Source of the DNA: Candidatus Latescibacterota bacterium
GTDB taxonomy: Bacteria > Latescibacterota > UBA2968 > UBA8231
DNA: 64,000 nt
Direction of reading: 5' to 3'
Assembly: GCA_965223905.1 (NCBI GenBank)
Contig: CBDCXV010000011.1
Span: 2,048,001-2,112,000 of the forward strand
The position numbers were made by a program, and so were the translations under genes. Below the pieces are notes generated by a model, which was not told the DNA's origin, did not search any database, and saw only the letters and a program-made list of their open reading frames with translations. Positions 29,462 to 39,195 of this stretch are shown in pieces (positions within the stretch are counted from its first letter, which is position 1; every line of letters starts with the position of its first letter).

Positions 29462-31039
29462 ATGCGCTTTTTCAACACGAGCGGCCCCATCAAGCCCGAA
29501 AGGCACTACTGCATCCCGCCGTTGGAACGCCTGGATATGGCCGAGGTGCTCGGACTGGTCCGGGACGAGAAGTACTTCGTCCTGCATGCGCCCCGGCAGA
29601 CGGGCAAGACCTCGGCGCTGCTGGCGCTGTGCGACCTGCTCAATGCCGAAGGCTATTACCGCTGCGTGTATGTCAATGTGGAAGGTGGGCAGGCCGGGCG
29701 CGAAGAAGTCGAACAGGTCATGCGCACTATTTTGGGCGCGCTGGCACTGCGGGCGAACTTGACGCTGGGCGACGAGTTTTTACTTGAGGTCTGGTCGAAT
29801 ATCCTCGCCGAGTTTGGGCCGCACGCTGCTTTGCAGGCGGCGTTGACGCGCTGGGCGCAGGCTGATCCCAAACCGCTGGTGCTGCTCATCGACGAAATCG
29901 ACGCGCTGATGGGCGATTCGCTGCTGTCGGTGCTGCGTCAGTTGCGCGCCGGCTACGACCTGCGTCCGGGGGGTTTTCCGCAGAGCGTGGTGCTGTGCGG
30001 GGTGCGCGACGTGCGCGATTACCGCATCCACTCCCGTTCGGCCAATGCGGTAATCGCCGGCGGCAGCGCGTTCAACATCAAGGCGCGCTCGTTGCGCTTG
30101 GCCGACTTCTCGCGGGAGGAGGTGCGGGCGCTGCTGGCCCAGCACACCGGGGAGACGGGACAGGCGTTCACGCCCGAGGCGCTGGACGCGATCTGGACGC
30201 AGACGCAAGGGCAGCCGTGGCTGGTCAACGCGTTGGCCGAAGAAACCTGTTTCCGGGACGGTGCCGACGCGACCCGGGACCGTCCGATCACCGCCGACGC
30301 GGTCCGCCAGGCGCAAGAGCAACTCATTCTGCGCCGGGAGACGCACCTCGACCAGTTGGCCGACAAGCTGCAGGAAGACCGCGTACGGCGCGTGGTGGAG
30401 CCGCTTTTGAGCGGCGGCGAGGGACGCCGTTTTACCGACCGCGACATCGAGTATGTGCGCGATCTGGGGCTGCTCGCCCAGGATCGTCCGCTCCGCATCG
30501 CCAATCCGATCTACGCCGAAGTCGTGCCGCGTGAACTGACGTGGGTGACCCAGGAGGAGTTCGATCACGAGAATGCCTGGTACGTGGATGCCGGGGGCGG
30601 CTTGAACGTAGTCTCGCTGCTGACGGCGTTCCAAAACTTCTTCCGCGAGCACTCCGAGCATTGGGTCGAACGATTCCAGTACAAGGAAGCGGGTCCGCAA
30701 CTTCTGTTGCAGGCGTTTTTGCAGCGCATCGTCAACAGCGGCGGGCGCATTGAGCGGGAGTATGGCTTGGGGCGCAGGCGCACGGACCTGCTGATCGTGT
30801 GGCCGCAGGGCGAGCGCGCGCGGAAGATCGTGATTGAGTGCAAAGTGCTCCACAAAAGTTTGGAGCAGACTTTGGCCGAAGGGGTGGAGCAGACGGCTGG
30901 CTACATGGATCGCTGCGCCGCGGAGGCGGGGCATCTGGTGGTCTTCGACCGACGCGCGGACCGGCGTTGGGAGGACAGGCTGTTCCGCTGCCGGCGGGCG
31001 GCCGACAGCGGAGTCGAGATCGACATTTGGGGCATGTGA
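29462..31039 (+). CDS. AAA-like ATPase with a C-terminal PD-(D/E)XK-like domain
   Basis: MRFFNTSGP…YFVLHAPRQTGKTS…LLIDEID…REYGLGRRRTDLLI…IECK. Confidence 0.88.
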   Translation: MRFFNTSGPIKPERHYCIPPLERLDMAEVLGLVRDEKYFVLHAPRQTGKTSALLALCDLLNAEGYYRCVYVNVEGGQAGREEVEQVMRTILGALALRANLTLGDEFLLEVWSNILAEFGPHAALQAALTRWAQADPKPLVLLIDEIDALMGDSLLSVLRQLRAGYDLRPGGFPQSVVLCGVRDVRDYRIHSRSANAVIAGGSAFNIKARSLRLADFSREEVRALLAQHTGETGQAFTPEALDAIWTQTQGQPWLVNALAEETCFRDGADATRDRPITADAVRQAQEQLILRRETHLDQLADKLQEDRVRRVVEPLLSGGEGRRFTDRDIEYVRDLGLLAQDRPLRIANPIYAEVVPRELTWVTQEEFDHENAWYVDAGGGLNVVSLLTAFQNFFREHSEHWVERFQYKEAGPQLLLQAFLQRIVNSGGRIEREYGLGRRRTDLLIVWPQGERARKIVIECKVLHKSLEQTLAEGVEQTAGYMDRCAAEAGHLVVFDRRADRRWEDRLFRCRRAADSGVEIDIWGM

Positions 31040-31079
31040 CGGCCGCGGTCCCACCATCCTGGCGCCGATGCCCCCCTCC

Positions 31080-31827
31080 GGCGAATCGTGTCCTCAATTC
31101 CAGGACCGGCTCCCTCCTTGATCCGTCCGACCTGGACTTCCGCATCTGGCTGGCCTGGCACGACGACCCGGCTCGCCTCTACGCCGCCTTCCTCGCCAGC
31201 GATGACGCGTACCAGAACACCCACGACTACAATGCCAGTTCTCCCCAGATTTTCCTGCATGACAGCATCACCCTGGTGATTGATGGAGATCACGGTGGGG
31301 GTCCGGGCTGCGGGGATTGCATGCTCGAAGAGGGGGTGGAACGTGGGCCGAATCAGTTGTATGACGCCATCGCCCGCACCTCTTCAGGCCCGATTTTGGA
31401 TGATTGGTATTCCAGAAATTTGCCTGGAGAAGAATTTGCCTCGACGGTCCGGCCTCCCTACGGAGACGGGGGCGGTGGGGTGTTCGGAGAAAACCCGACC
31501 ATCAGCGCCATCGAACTCTACGTCACCCCGTTCGACCGCCTGGCGTACGATGACATCGAGGGGAGTGTGGCGAGCGATCTGACCGCCGGGCAGGTCATAG
31601 GCTTTGCGATTCTGGTACATGATTGGGACGACCGTCATGATGTGAGAGCCTGGGTACCCGAAGCCATGTTTCCCGGTTCCCCGCCTGCACTCATCCGGAT
31701 TTTGTCAGTTCAAGCAGACAGTTTTCTCGACGGCATTCTCCTTCCCGCCGACCCGGGCGGACCGGAAGACACCGCGGTCGAGTCGGTCTCCTGGGGCCGA
31801 ATCAAGGCCTCCCTGGAGATCGATTAG
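31080..31827 (+). pseudogene. 5'-truncated secreted-type (CBM9-like) protein with a TAVE..SWGRIK C-terminal motif
   Basis: DPSDLDFRIWLAWHDD…DSITLVIDGDHGGG…IELYVTPFD…DTAVESVSWGRIKASLEID*; no start codon or signal peptide after the AAA gene. Confidence 0.6.
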
Positions 31828-32041
31828 CCTGTCCCCCCGCTGCCTCCGGCCCTGGCTGGCTGACCCACTGGCCAGACGACGACGGTCTGAACCCGATCCG
31901 CAGGTCTGGCCTGCCCGCGTTCCCCTCGGCCGGCTCTCTTCTTACTCTTGCTCCTCGACTGGCAGCGGCATGCCGCCACCGGCGGATGCCGGCCAGGGAG
32001 CCCGTCACCTTGCCGGCTCAGCCGGCTCCCGAAAGGATGAG

Positions 32042-32788
32042 ATGATCGAAACAGCGGATATCGAACGTCCCCCGAAGGACTTGATCGAGTCGCTTGGCAC
32101 AATCAGCAGCGCCACCGCCAGCGGCGAGCTCGCCCGTCTGGGGATCCGCGACCCCCACCTGAGCGGCTGCATCGCGCGCACCCCGGGAAGGCGCGTCGTC
32201 GGCCCGGCGCTGACCCTGCAGTTCATGCCCAAGCGGGAGGACCTCTACGACGTCGACGAGTACGCCGACCCGGAACGGCAGCTGCACCGCCACGCACTCT
32301 ACCACACCCGGCCCGGGGACATCGTCGTCGTCGACGCGCGCGGCAGCCTGTCGAGCGGCGTCTTCGGAGACATGATGATGACCTTCTTCAAGGGGCGCGG
32401 CGGCATCGGCGCCGTCATCGACGGCTGCGTCCGCGACTTTCCCAAGGTCCGCAACCTCGGGCTCGGGCTGTGGCTGCGCGGCGTCACCCCGAACTTCCAC
32501 ACGCAGACCGACATCTTTCCGTACGCCGTCAACGTGCCGATCGCCTGCGGCGGCACCATGGTCGTTCCGGGAGACATCGTCGTCGCCGACGACGACGGGG
32601 CCACCGTGGTGCCGTCGGCCCTCGCCCCGGAGCTGGTCGAGAAGGCGACGGCCCACGAGGAGTGGGAAGATTTCAGCCGCATGAAGCTGGCCGAGGGCGG
32701 CCACCTGCGGAAGTACTACCCCTTGAGCGAAGAGGGGCGCGCCGAGTACGAGGAGTGGCTCGAGGCCGGGGGCCCGAGGCCCGAATAG
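32042..32788 (+). CDS. RraA/HMG-aldolase family protein
   Basis: VVGPALTLQFMPKRED…VVVDARG…GVFGDMM…VIDGCVRD…GDIVVADDDG. Confidence 0.88.
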   Translation: MIETADIERPPKDLIESLGTISSATASGELARLGIRDPHLSGCIARTPGRRVVGPALTLQFMPKREDLYDVDEYADPERQLHRHALYHTRPGDIVVVDARGSLSSGVFGDMMMTFFKGRGGIGAVIDGCVRDFPKVRNLGLGLWLRGVTPNFHTQTDIFPYAVNVPIACGGTMVVPGDIVVADDDGATVVPSALAPELVEKATAHEEWEDFSRMKLAEGGHLRKYYPLSEEGRAEYEEWLEAGGPRPE

Positions 32789-32879
32789 CTGCTCGCGGCC
32801 GGGACCGGGCCGCCCCTTGGCGGCCGAACCGTTCACTTTACCACCACCGAGACAGAGACCGGGAGAAGGAAGCACCGCC

Positions 32880-34355
32880 ATGCGCATCGCCACCGGCTGC
32901 ATCGGCCACGAGACCAACACCTTTTCCAAAGTTCCCACCACCCTGGAGAGCTTCGAGCAGGGGACCTACGAGACCGGGGAGGGCATCGTCGACGCCTTCG
33001 CCGGGACCGGCACCGTCACCGGCGGCTTCATCGACGGCGCCGGGGAGCTGGGGATCGAGCTGGCGCCCCTGCTCTGGACCTTCGCCACCCCTTCGGCGAC
33101 CATCGAGCAGCCGGCGTACGAGACCCTGAAGAAGCAGTTTCTCGAGCGCCTCGAGGCAGCCCTCCCGGTGGACGGGGTCCTGCTCGACCTGCACGGGGCC
33201 ATGGTCACCGAGGCGCACGAGGACGCCGAGGGGGACCTGCTCGCCGCGGTGCGCGAGGTCATCGGCCCGCTGCCCCTGGTGACCACCCTCGACCTGCACG
33301 CCAACATCACCGCGGCGATGGCCGCCCACGCGGACGCCATCGTCGGCTTCGACACCTACCCGCACGTCGACTGCCACGAGCGCGGCCTGGAGGCCGTGCG
33401 GCTCATCAGAGACACCGCGGCCGGGACGGTCTCCCCGGAGACGGCCTACCGCCAGCTGCCGCTGCTGACGGGTCCGCCGGCGCAATGCACGATGAAGCAG
33501 CCGATGAGCGGCATCGTAGAGCAGTTGCACGCCCTCGAAGCAAAGCCCGGGGTGCTCACTGCCACCCTGTCGATGGGGTTCCCGTTCTCGGACATCCGCG
33601 ACGCCGGGGCCTCGGTGCTGGTCGCCGCCGACGGCGACCGGCAGCTCGCCGAGCAGTGCGCCGGCGAGTTCGCGGAATACCTGTGGGAGCGACGCGCCGA
33701 GCTCGTCAGCGACCTGGTCTCCGTCGAGGAGGCGATCGCCCGTTCCCGGGCAAGCGAGGGGAAGCCGTTCGTGCTCGCCGAGGGCTCGGACAATCCCGGG
33801 GGCGGCGGCCCCTGCGACGGCACCCACGTGCTGAGGGCATTCATCGAGGCCGGGGTGAGCGGCGCCGTCGTCGCCATCATCGCCGACCCGGAGTCGGTAG
33901 ACCTCGCGTTCCGGGCCTGCCCCGGCAACCGCGTCGCCCTGCGCATCGGCGGCAAGACCGATCCCCTGCACGGCGAGCCGGTGGAGGCGACGGCGTACGT
34001 CAGGCGGATCTCCGACGGCCGCTTCGTCCACAAGGGGCCGATGGGGCGCGGCAAGTCCGGCTGCCTCGGCCGCACCGCGGTGGTCGAGGCCGGCGGCGTC
34101 ACCGTCCTGCTGACCGAGGAGCGGGTGCAGCCGTACGACGCCGAGGTGCTGCGCTCCAACGGTATCGCGCCGGAGGAGTGCGAGCTGATCGCCCTGAAGT
34201 CGGCCGTCCACTTCCGCGCCGACTACACCCCGATCGCCTGCGAGATCCTCGACGTCGACACCCCGGGGGTGCACAGCCCCGACCTCTTCAGCTACGACTA
34301 CCGCAAGCTGAGACGGCCGATCTTTCCGCTCGACAAGGATGTGAGTCGGGGGTAG
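32880..34355 (+). CDS. M81 family metallopeptidase (MlrC-like)
   Basis: HETNTFS, LDLHGAMV, LDLHAN, YPHVD, DNPGGG, LKSAVHFRA. Confidence 0.92.
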   Translation: MRIATGCIGHETNTFSKVPTTLESFEQGTYETGEGIVDAFAGTGTVTGGFIDGAGELGIELAPLLWTFATPSATIEQPAYETLKKQFLERLEAALPVDGVLLDLHGAMVTEAHEDAEGDLLAAVREVIGPLPLVTTLDLHANITAAMAAHADAIVGFDTYPHVDCHERGLEAVRLIRDTAAGTVSPETAYRQLPLLTGPPAQCTMKQPMSGIVEQLHALEAKPGVLTATLSMGFPFSDIRDAGASVLVAADGDRQLAEQCAGEFAEYLWERRAELVSDLVSVEEAIARSRASEGKPFVLAEGSDNPGGGGPCDGTHVLRAFIEAGVSGAVVAIIADPESVDLAFRACPGNRVALRIGGKTDPLHGEPVEATAYVRRISDGRFVHKGPMGRGKSGCLGRTAVVEAGGVTVLLTEERVQPYDAEVLRSNGIAPEECELIALKSAVHFRADYTPIACEILDVDTPGVHSPDLFSYDYRKLRRPIFPLDKDVSRG

Positions 34356-34676
34356 CGGACCGGCGGAAGGAACCGGTGCGGGCCGCCGGGGCCAAGGTCA
34401 GGTGGAGGACCGCCGGGCAGGGGGGCGGCGGCTGGCGGCGGCCGCGCCTGGTATGGCATGGTCGCAGCAGGAGCAGGGTGTGAGCCGCCAATGCCTGCGG
34501 GAGGAGTACCGCGGTTCCAGGCAAGCACCGTCGCGCCGGAAAGCCCCGGACCCCCGAGTGGGGACAGTAAGGCCAGGTATTGGATTGCATGGCCCGGCAG
34601 TAGTCAGCCGCCCGGCCAAGCAACGGCCGCAGGTGGCCGGGCGCGGACCTGGCTGTGGAACGGACGCACGCCGCGG

Positions 34677-36515
34677 TCAGCCGTTGAAGACGTTGTTGCG
34701 GATCCCGAAGACGTTGTCCGGATCGATCGCCTGCTTGGTCCGGCGCAGCACCTCGATGCTGTTGGGGCTCTGGATGCGGGCGACGAACCCCTGGCGGATC
34801 TTGCCGATGCCGTGGTGGTGGGAGAGCGATCCGCCGTTGTCGAGAATCGCCTGGCGCAGGCGGCTCTCGATCTCGTGAAACACCTCGTCCGGAGCCTCGA
34901 GTCCCTTCCCTGAAAACCCCATCGTGAAGTAGATGCAGACCCCGGTGTGGTAGGTCTGGGTGACGCGGTAGGCGAGGTAGGGGGTCCCGGCGACGCCGCG
35001 GGCAGCGCACTGACCCGACAGCTCGGTCTCGACCGCGGCGATCACGTCGTGGATCCTGCTCCAGGGCACCGAGGTCTCGAAGGTCTCGGCGACGATGTTG
35101 AACTGGTTGAAGAAGTCGCGCAGGTAGGCGATGCCGAAGGTCAGCATGTACCCGCGCTGGCCGTTCCTCTCCCCTCCGTCGAGGGCGCCGAAGCGGGCCG
35201 CGGTGGCGTAGATCACCCTCCTCTGGTGCTCGACCTCGGTCCGGTTCCCCTCCATCACGACCGTGCAGGCCGCCATGGTGCGCGGGTCGAACTTCTTGAC
35301 CCGGGTGAGCACGAACTTCTGCAGCCGGTCGGCGATCCCCTTACCGAAGCCGGGCGCCGGCTTCAGCGCCTGGCTGAAGCGCAGCTCGAAGTTGCTGACC
35401 AGGCGGATGCTCGCCGGCAGCACCCCGGTGCCGCGCAGCTCCTTCAGGAAAGAGACGCCGTTCTCGAAGCGCGGGAACACCAGCAGCCCGTAGCGGCGCA
35501 CCTCGGGCAGCGGGTGGATCTTGAGAACCGCCTTGGTGATGACGCCGAAGTTTCCCTCGCTGCCGAAAAGGAAGACGCGCGGCTGGATGCCGGTGGAGTT
35601 GCGCGGGGTCGCGTGCCGGGTCTCGATCTCCCCGGTCGGGGTCACCAGCGTCGCCTCGAGGACGATCTCCTCGATGTTGCCGTACCTGTTCTTCTTCATG
35701 CCGCTGGCGTTGGTCGAGATCCAGCCGCCGAGGGTCGACAGCTCGAGGCTGTCGGGGTCGTGCCCGGAGGTGAACCCCCGCGCCCCGAGCTCGCGCTCGA
35801 GGTCCTTGCCGTAGATCCCGCACTCGACGCAGGCCTGCAGGTTCTCGGTGTCGACCCAGAGGACGCGGTTCATGCGCCGCATGTCGACGGAGACGATCAT
35901 GCGCTCCTCGTCCGGCGGGCAGGCGAGGGCGCCGCTGACGTTGGTGCCGCCGCCGTAGGGGACGAGGCAGACGCCGTGCTCGTGCGCCAGGCGCAGGATG
36001 TCGGCGACCTCCTCCTCGCTCTGCGGATGGAGCACGAGGTCGGCGGTCCGCTTCAGACCGCCGATGTACTGCAGCCGGTAGACCTCGTCGACGCTGAGCT
36101 GGCCGTGGCTGTGGGTGAGACGCGCCTCCTCGCCGGCGTCGATCTGGTCCGCTTGCAGGCGCTCGGAAACGGCTGCGAGGAAGGCCTGGTTGGTCCTGGG
36201 TTCGGGGAGCGGCTGCCGCGGCAATTCCGGGATCACTTCATCCGGCGTGAACGGCACCCCGAGGACGTCCTCGGCGAACGGCACCAGGTGCGGCATGCTG
36301 TACCCGGCCAGCAGGTAGCGGCCGCCGGTCATGCGCACGCTGCGGGGGCCGTCGAACTCGATGCGGGTGTCGGTGTACCCCCACTTGTGCATATGGCGCT
36401 CGCCGTGGGAGACGTCGTAGTAGGCATCGAGCCCGCCCGGTTTCCTGCCCCTGCCGAAGTACAGCAGGAGCAGGAGAAAGAGGGCGACCGCGAGCAGAGG
36501 CAGTATCTCCATCAC
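34677..36515 (-). CDS. Alkyldihydroxyacetonephosphate synthase-like FAD oxidoreductase with an N-terminal membrane anchor
   Basis: VPYGGGTNVS, GHDPDSLELSTLGGWISTNASGMKKNRYGNIEE, ETFETSVPW, RVTQTYHTGVCIYF, GGSLSHHHGIGKIR. Confidence 0.88.
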   Translation of the reverse strand: MMEILPLLAVALFLLLLLYFGRGRKPGGLDAYYDVSHGERHMHKWGYTDTRIEFDGPRSVRMTGGRYLLAGYSMPHLVPFAEDVLGVPFTPDEVIPELPRQPLPEPRTNQAFLAAVSERLQADQIDAGEEARLTHSHGQLSVDEVYRLQYIGGLKRTADLVLHPQSEEEVADILRLAHEHGVCLVPYGGGTNVSGALACPPDEERMIVSVDMRRMNRVLWVDTENLQACVECGIYGKDLERELGARGFTSGHDPDSLELSTLGGWISTNASGMKKNRYGNIEEIVLEATLVTPTGEIETRHATPRNSTGIQPRVFLFGSEGNFGVITKAVLKIHPLPEVRRYGLLVFPRFENGVSFLKELRGTGVLPASIRLVSNFELRFSQALKPAPGFGKGIADRLQKFVLTRVKKFDPRTMAACTVVMEGNRTEVEHQRRVIYATAARFGALDGGERNGQRGYMLTFGIAYLRDFFNQFNIVAETFETSVPWSRIHDVIAAVETELSGQCAARGVAGTPYLAYRVTQTYHTGVCIYFTMGFSGKGLEAPDEVFHEIESRLRQAILDNGGSLSHHHGIGKIRQGFVARIQSPNSIEVLRRTKQAIDPDNVFGIRNNVFNG

Positions 36516-36644
36516 ACTTCACATCCTTCCCGGAGGGTGGGCCGGTTGTCGATGGACGGGGACCTGAATATAGGCAACCCAGGGTCTCTTCCATTTACGC
36601 CGCCGGCCGCCTGGAAGCGACCGAGAAGGGATGGTGCCGCCGGC

Positions 36645-37343
36645 TCACTTCAAAATCTGCAGCACCTCCCCAAGGGCCCGGACCGCCCGGTCCGCCTGCG
36701 GCGTTGCCCCCTTCGAGGTGAACTCCAGCGTCTGGATGGTGCGCATGCCGAACGCCGCGGCCCCGGCGATGTCGGTCTCGGGATCATCGCCGATCATCAC
36801 CGTCTCCTCCGCCCGGACGCCGGCCTGCTCGAGGGCGATCTCGAAAATTCGCGCCGCCGGCTTCTCGGCGCCCGCCTCCTCGCTGGTGACGAGGGCGTCG
36901 AACAGGCCATCGAAACCCAGGGCGGAGATCTTTCCCAGCTGGGGCAGGGTTGTGTGGTTGGAAACCAGGACCAGCGAGTGCGAAACCCTCAGGCCTTCCA
37001 GCACTTCGAGGGCATCCGCCTGCGGCTGCATGCGCTCGTAGAACGCCGCCCAGTAGCGGCCGTACATCCGCCGCACCAGGTCAGACAAAGCCGGATGCCG
37101 TCCACCGGCGATCTCCTCGACCATGCGCTTGAAGAAGAGGGCCCGGTTGTGGGAGGCGGCCTGCCCGCGCAGCTCGGAAGCCAGCTGTCCGCGGACCTCG
37201 TCGTGAAGCTCCTGAAACTCCACCGCCGGCAGATCGAAGACGCTGCCGAGGACCTCCCGGGCAGCGGCGAGCCCAACCCTGTTGCAGGGCGCGTACTCGT
37301 ACAGGGTGTCGTCGAGATCGATCAGTACCGCCTTCGGTTTCAT
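36645..37343 (-). CDS. HAD-superfamily hydrolase (IA)
   Basis: DLDDTLY, LVSN, EKPAARIF, MIGDDPETDIAGA. Confidence 0.9.
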   Translation of the reverse strand: MKPKAVLIDLDDTLYEYAPCNRVGLAAAREVLGSVFDLPAVEFQELHDEVRGQLASELRGQAASHNRALFFKRMVEEIAGGRHPALSDLVRRMYGRYWAAFYERMQPQADALEVLEGLRVSHSLVLVSNHTTLPQLGKISALGFDGLFDALVTSEEAGAEKPAARIFEIALEQAGVRAEETVMIGDDPETDIAGAAAFGMRTIQTLEFTSKGATPQADRAVRALGEVLQILK

Positions 37344-37629
37344 GTCCCGCCCCGTGACCTGGCGCCTACGTCGTCGTTCCGAGCCTGGCTGCGTGCCCCG
37401 ATCGGAGTTCCCTGACCGAAGCTGCCGAGGGTGAAGTAGCCGGTCTCTCTTTCGAAACCTGACGCCCGCCCCAATCGCGGTCCCTGGCCGAAACTGCCTC
37501 CGCCCGAAGCCCGATGGTTTTGCGGCCCCAGCTGCGGGCCCAAATCGCCTGCCCGAAGCGGGCCGGGGCGCAAACAGCCGACCGCTCCGGACCTGCCCGC
37601 TGGATTTGCCATGGTTGCCAGCCCCGGCC

Positions 37630-38598
37630 TCAGTCGAGCTGCGCGTGCTCGGGGAGGATCTCCTGGCGGAAGCGGAACACCTGGGGGTCGCCGGGATCGA
37701 CCTGCACCCGCACCCAGTGCATGTGGGGGGAGCCGAAGACCTCGAGCCGCGTGAAGTTGTCGAGACGGCGCCCGCTCTCCGGTCCGGTGAGCGGCTTGTC
37801 GATGCGGAAGTAGTGGAAGTCCCCGTGGACGAGGAGGACGGGCCTGCGGTATGCCGAGGTCTCCCGGGACAGCACCCGCAGGAACCTGGTATACGGCCCC
37901 GGCGGGTCCGCGGTCTGGTCGGTCTCGAAACGCGGATTCCCGTGCATGGCGATCAGCAGGGCGGGAGCGTCCGTCTCCCGGGCCACGCGGAACCCCTCGC
38001 GCATCCAGGCGATGGCCGCGTCCGTGCGCCGCGCCACCTCGGCGTCGTCTTCCGGGGTGCGCGCCGGGAAGCCGGCCAGGGCGTTTTTGCTGCCGACGAG
38101 GTGCAGAGCAACGAAAACCACTCCTTCACGGCTCCAGCGGAGATGTTCGGGGAACTCCGCCCAGGCAGGGTCCGCGGCCTGGGAGACCAGCGCCAGCGAG
38201 CCGCCTCCGAGCACCCGCCCCGGCGGCGTGAAGAACAGGGCGCGCAGCCTGGCCAGCCGTTCCAGCGGCTTCCTGGCCCCGGATCTCTCGCGGTGGCAGT
38301 CCGTCCACTCGTTGTCTCCCGGAAGGAGCACGAAGGGATGGCGGAAGCGCGAGAACATCCGCAGCCGCGACTCCAGCACGGCGTCGGCGCAGGAGCTCCC
38401 ACCCCCCTTGATGTCCCCCACGTGCAGGACGAAGGCGAGGTCCTCGGCATCGATGCGCTCGCGCAGCAGGGCGAAACGCAGGCTGTCCGTCTCTCCGTAA
38501 GGCAGGTCGCCGATGGCGGCGAACTCGAAACCGGAAGCCGCGATCGGGGCGACGCAACAAAGGACGAGGGCGACGACAGAAGGGAGAAAGGGGCGCAC
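37630..38598 (-). CDS. Secreted calcineurin-like metallophosphoesterase
   Basis: Signal-like N-terminus; AAIGDLPY, LHVGDIK, PGDNEWTDCH, VHGDFH. Confidence 0.82.
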   Translation of the reverse strand: MRPFLPSVVALVLCCVAPIAASGFEFAAIGDLPYGETDSLRFALLRERIDAEDLAFVLHVGDIKGGGSSCADAVLESRLRMFSRFRHPFVLLPGDNEWTDCHRERSGARKPLERLARLRALFFTPPGRVLGGGSLALVSQAADPAWAEFPEHLRWSREGVVFVALHLVGSKNALAGFPARTPEDDAEVARRTDAAIAWMREGFRVARETDAPALLIAMHGNPRFETDQTADPPGPYTRFLRVLSRETSAYRRPVLLVHGDFHYFRIDKPLTGPESGRRLDNFTRLEVFGSPHMHWVRVQVDPGDPQVFRFRQEILPEHAQLD

Positions 38599-38678
38599 GG
38601 AATCCTCCGAGGATTGGTGAATGTTCTGATGGATCGTGGTTGGAGCCCGTAGAGAGACGGCCGCTCCGAGCAGGGCTC

Positions 38679-38999
38679 TCAGGGAACACCTTCCCACTCT
38701 TCTCCATAGTGAAAGGTGATCTCCTCGTCCGTGCGGATGGCGCGCAGGGCATAGAGATGATCCCCGTCGAACTCGGCGTTGGGACGGCCCGAGTGGTTGA
38801 GGTAGCGCAGCCCGTTCCTTCCCAGGCGGCCCGCCATGGTGCCGTCCTCTCCCTCGACCCAGAGCACGTGGGTTCCGTCGCGGTCGGTGGGGACCCCGGA
38901 GTACACGCCGATCAGCTCGCCGCGGGGAATTCTGCGGGCTGCGAATACCCCCTTGCCGTGGATCGGGCTGGGACCGGTGTAGTAGCTGCGTGGAGGCAA
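38679..38999 (-). CDS. SET-domain protein (lysine methyltransferase fold)
   Basis: SPIHGKGVFAARRI, RYLNHSGRPNAE, ALRAIRTDEEITFHYG; start uncertain (TTG). Confidence 0.85.
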   Translation of the reverse strand: MPPRSYYTGPSPIHGKGVFAARRIPRGELIGVYSGVPTDRDGTHVLWVEGEDGTMAGRLGRNGLRYLNHSGRPNAEFDGDHLYALRAIRTDEEITFHYGEEWEGVP

Positions 39000-39195
39000 T
39001 GCGGCAAATCCTGCTGAAGCGGGAACAGGCCATCCCCTGGCCGAATCAAGACGAACTACTGTAGCGATCGCCCCGGAACTCCTGCAAGGGGAAGGGCGGT
39101 TCGCTGCCGACGTCACCTGCATGGAATAGGAATAAATGCGTGATGACCGTACTATCCCGGCTAATGCAATCGTTTACATACAGGAGCCTGACCCA

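Noticed and set aside
15803-37415. Long antisense or alternate-frame ORFs (e.g. 15803-17065, 18475-20991, 23814-25823, 34947-37415)
   Set aside because: Shadow ORFs of well-supported high-GC genes, with no recognisable motifs.
37410-37500. Short imperfect direct repeat TCCCTG(A/G)CCGAA(G/A)CTGCC
   Set aside because: Only two copies in a GC-rich spacer; not enough support for a functional call.
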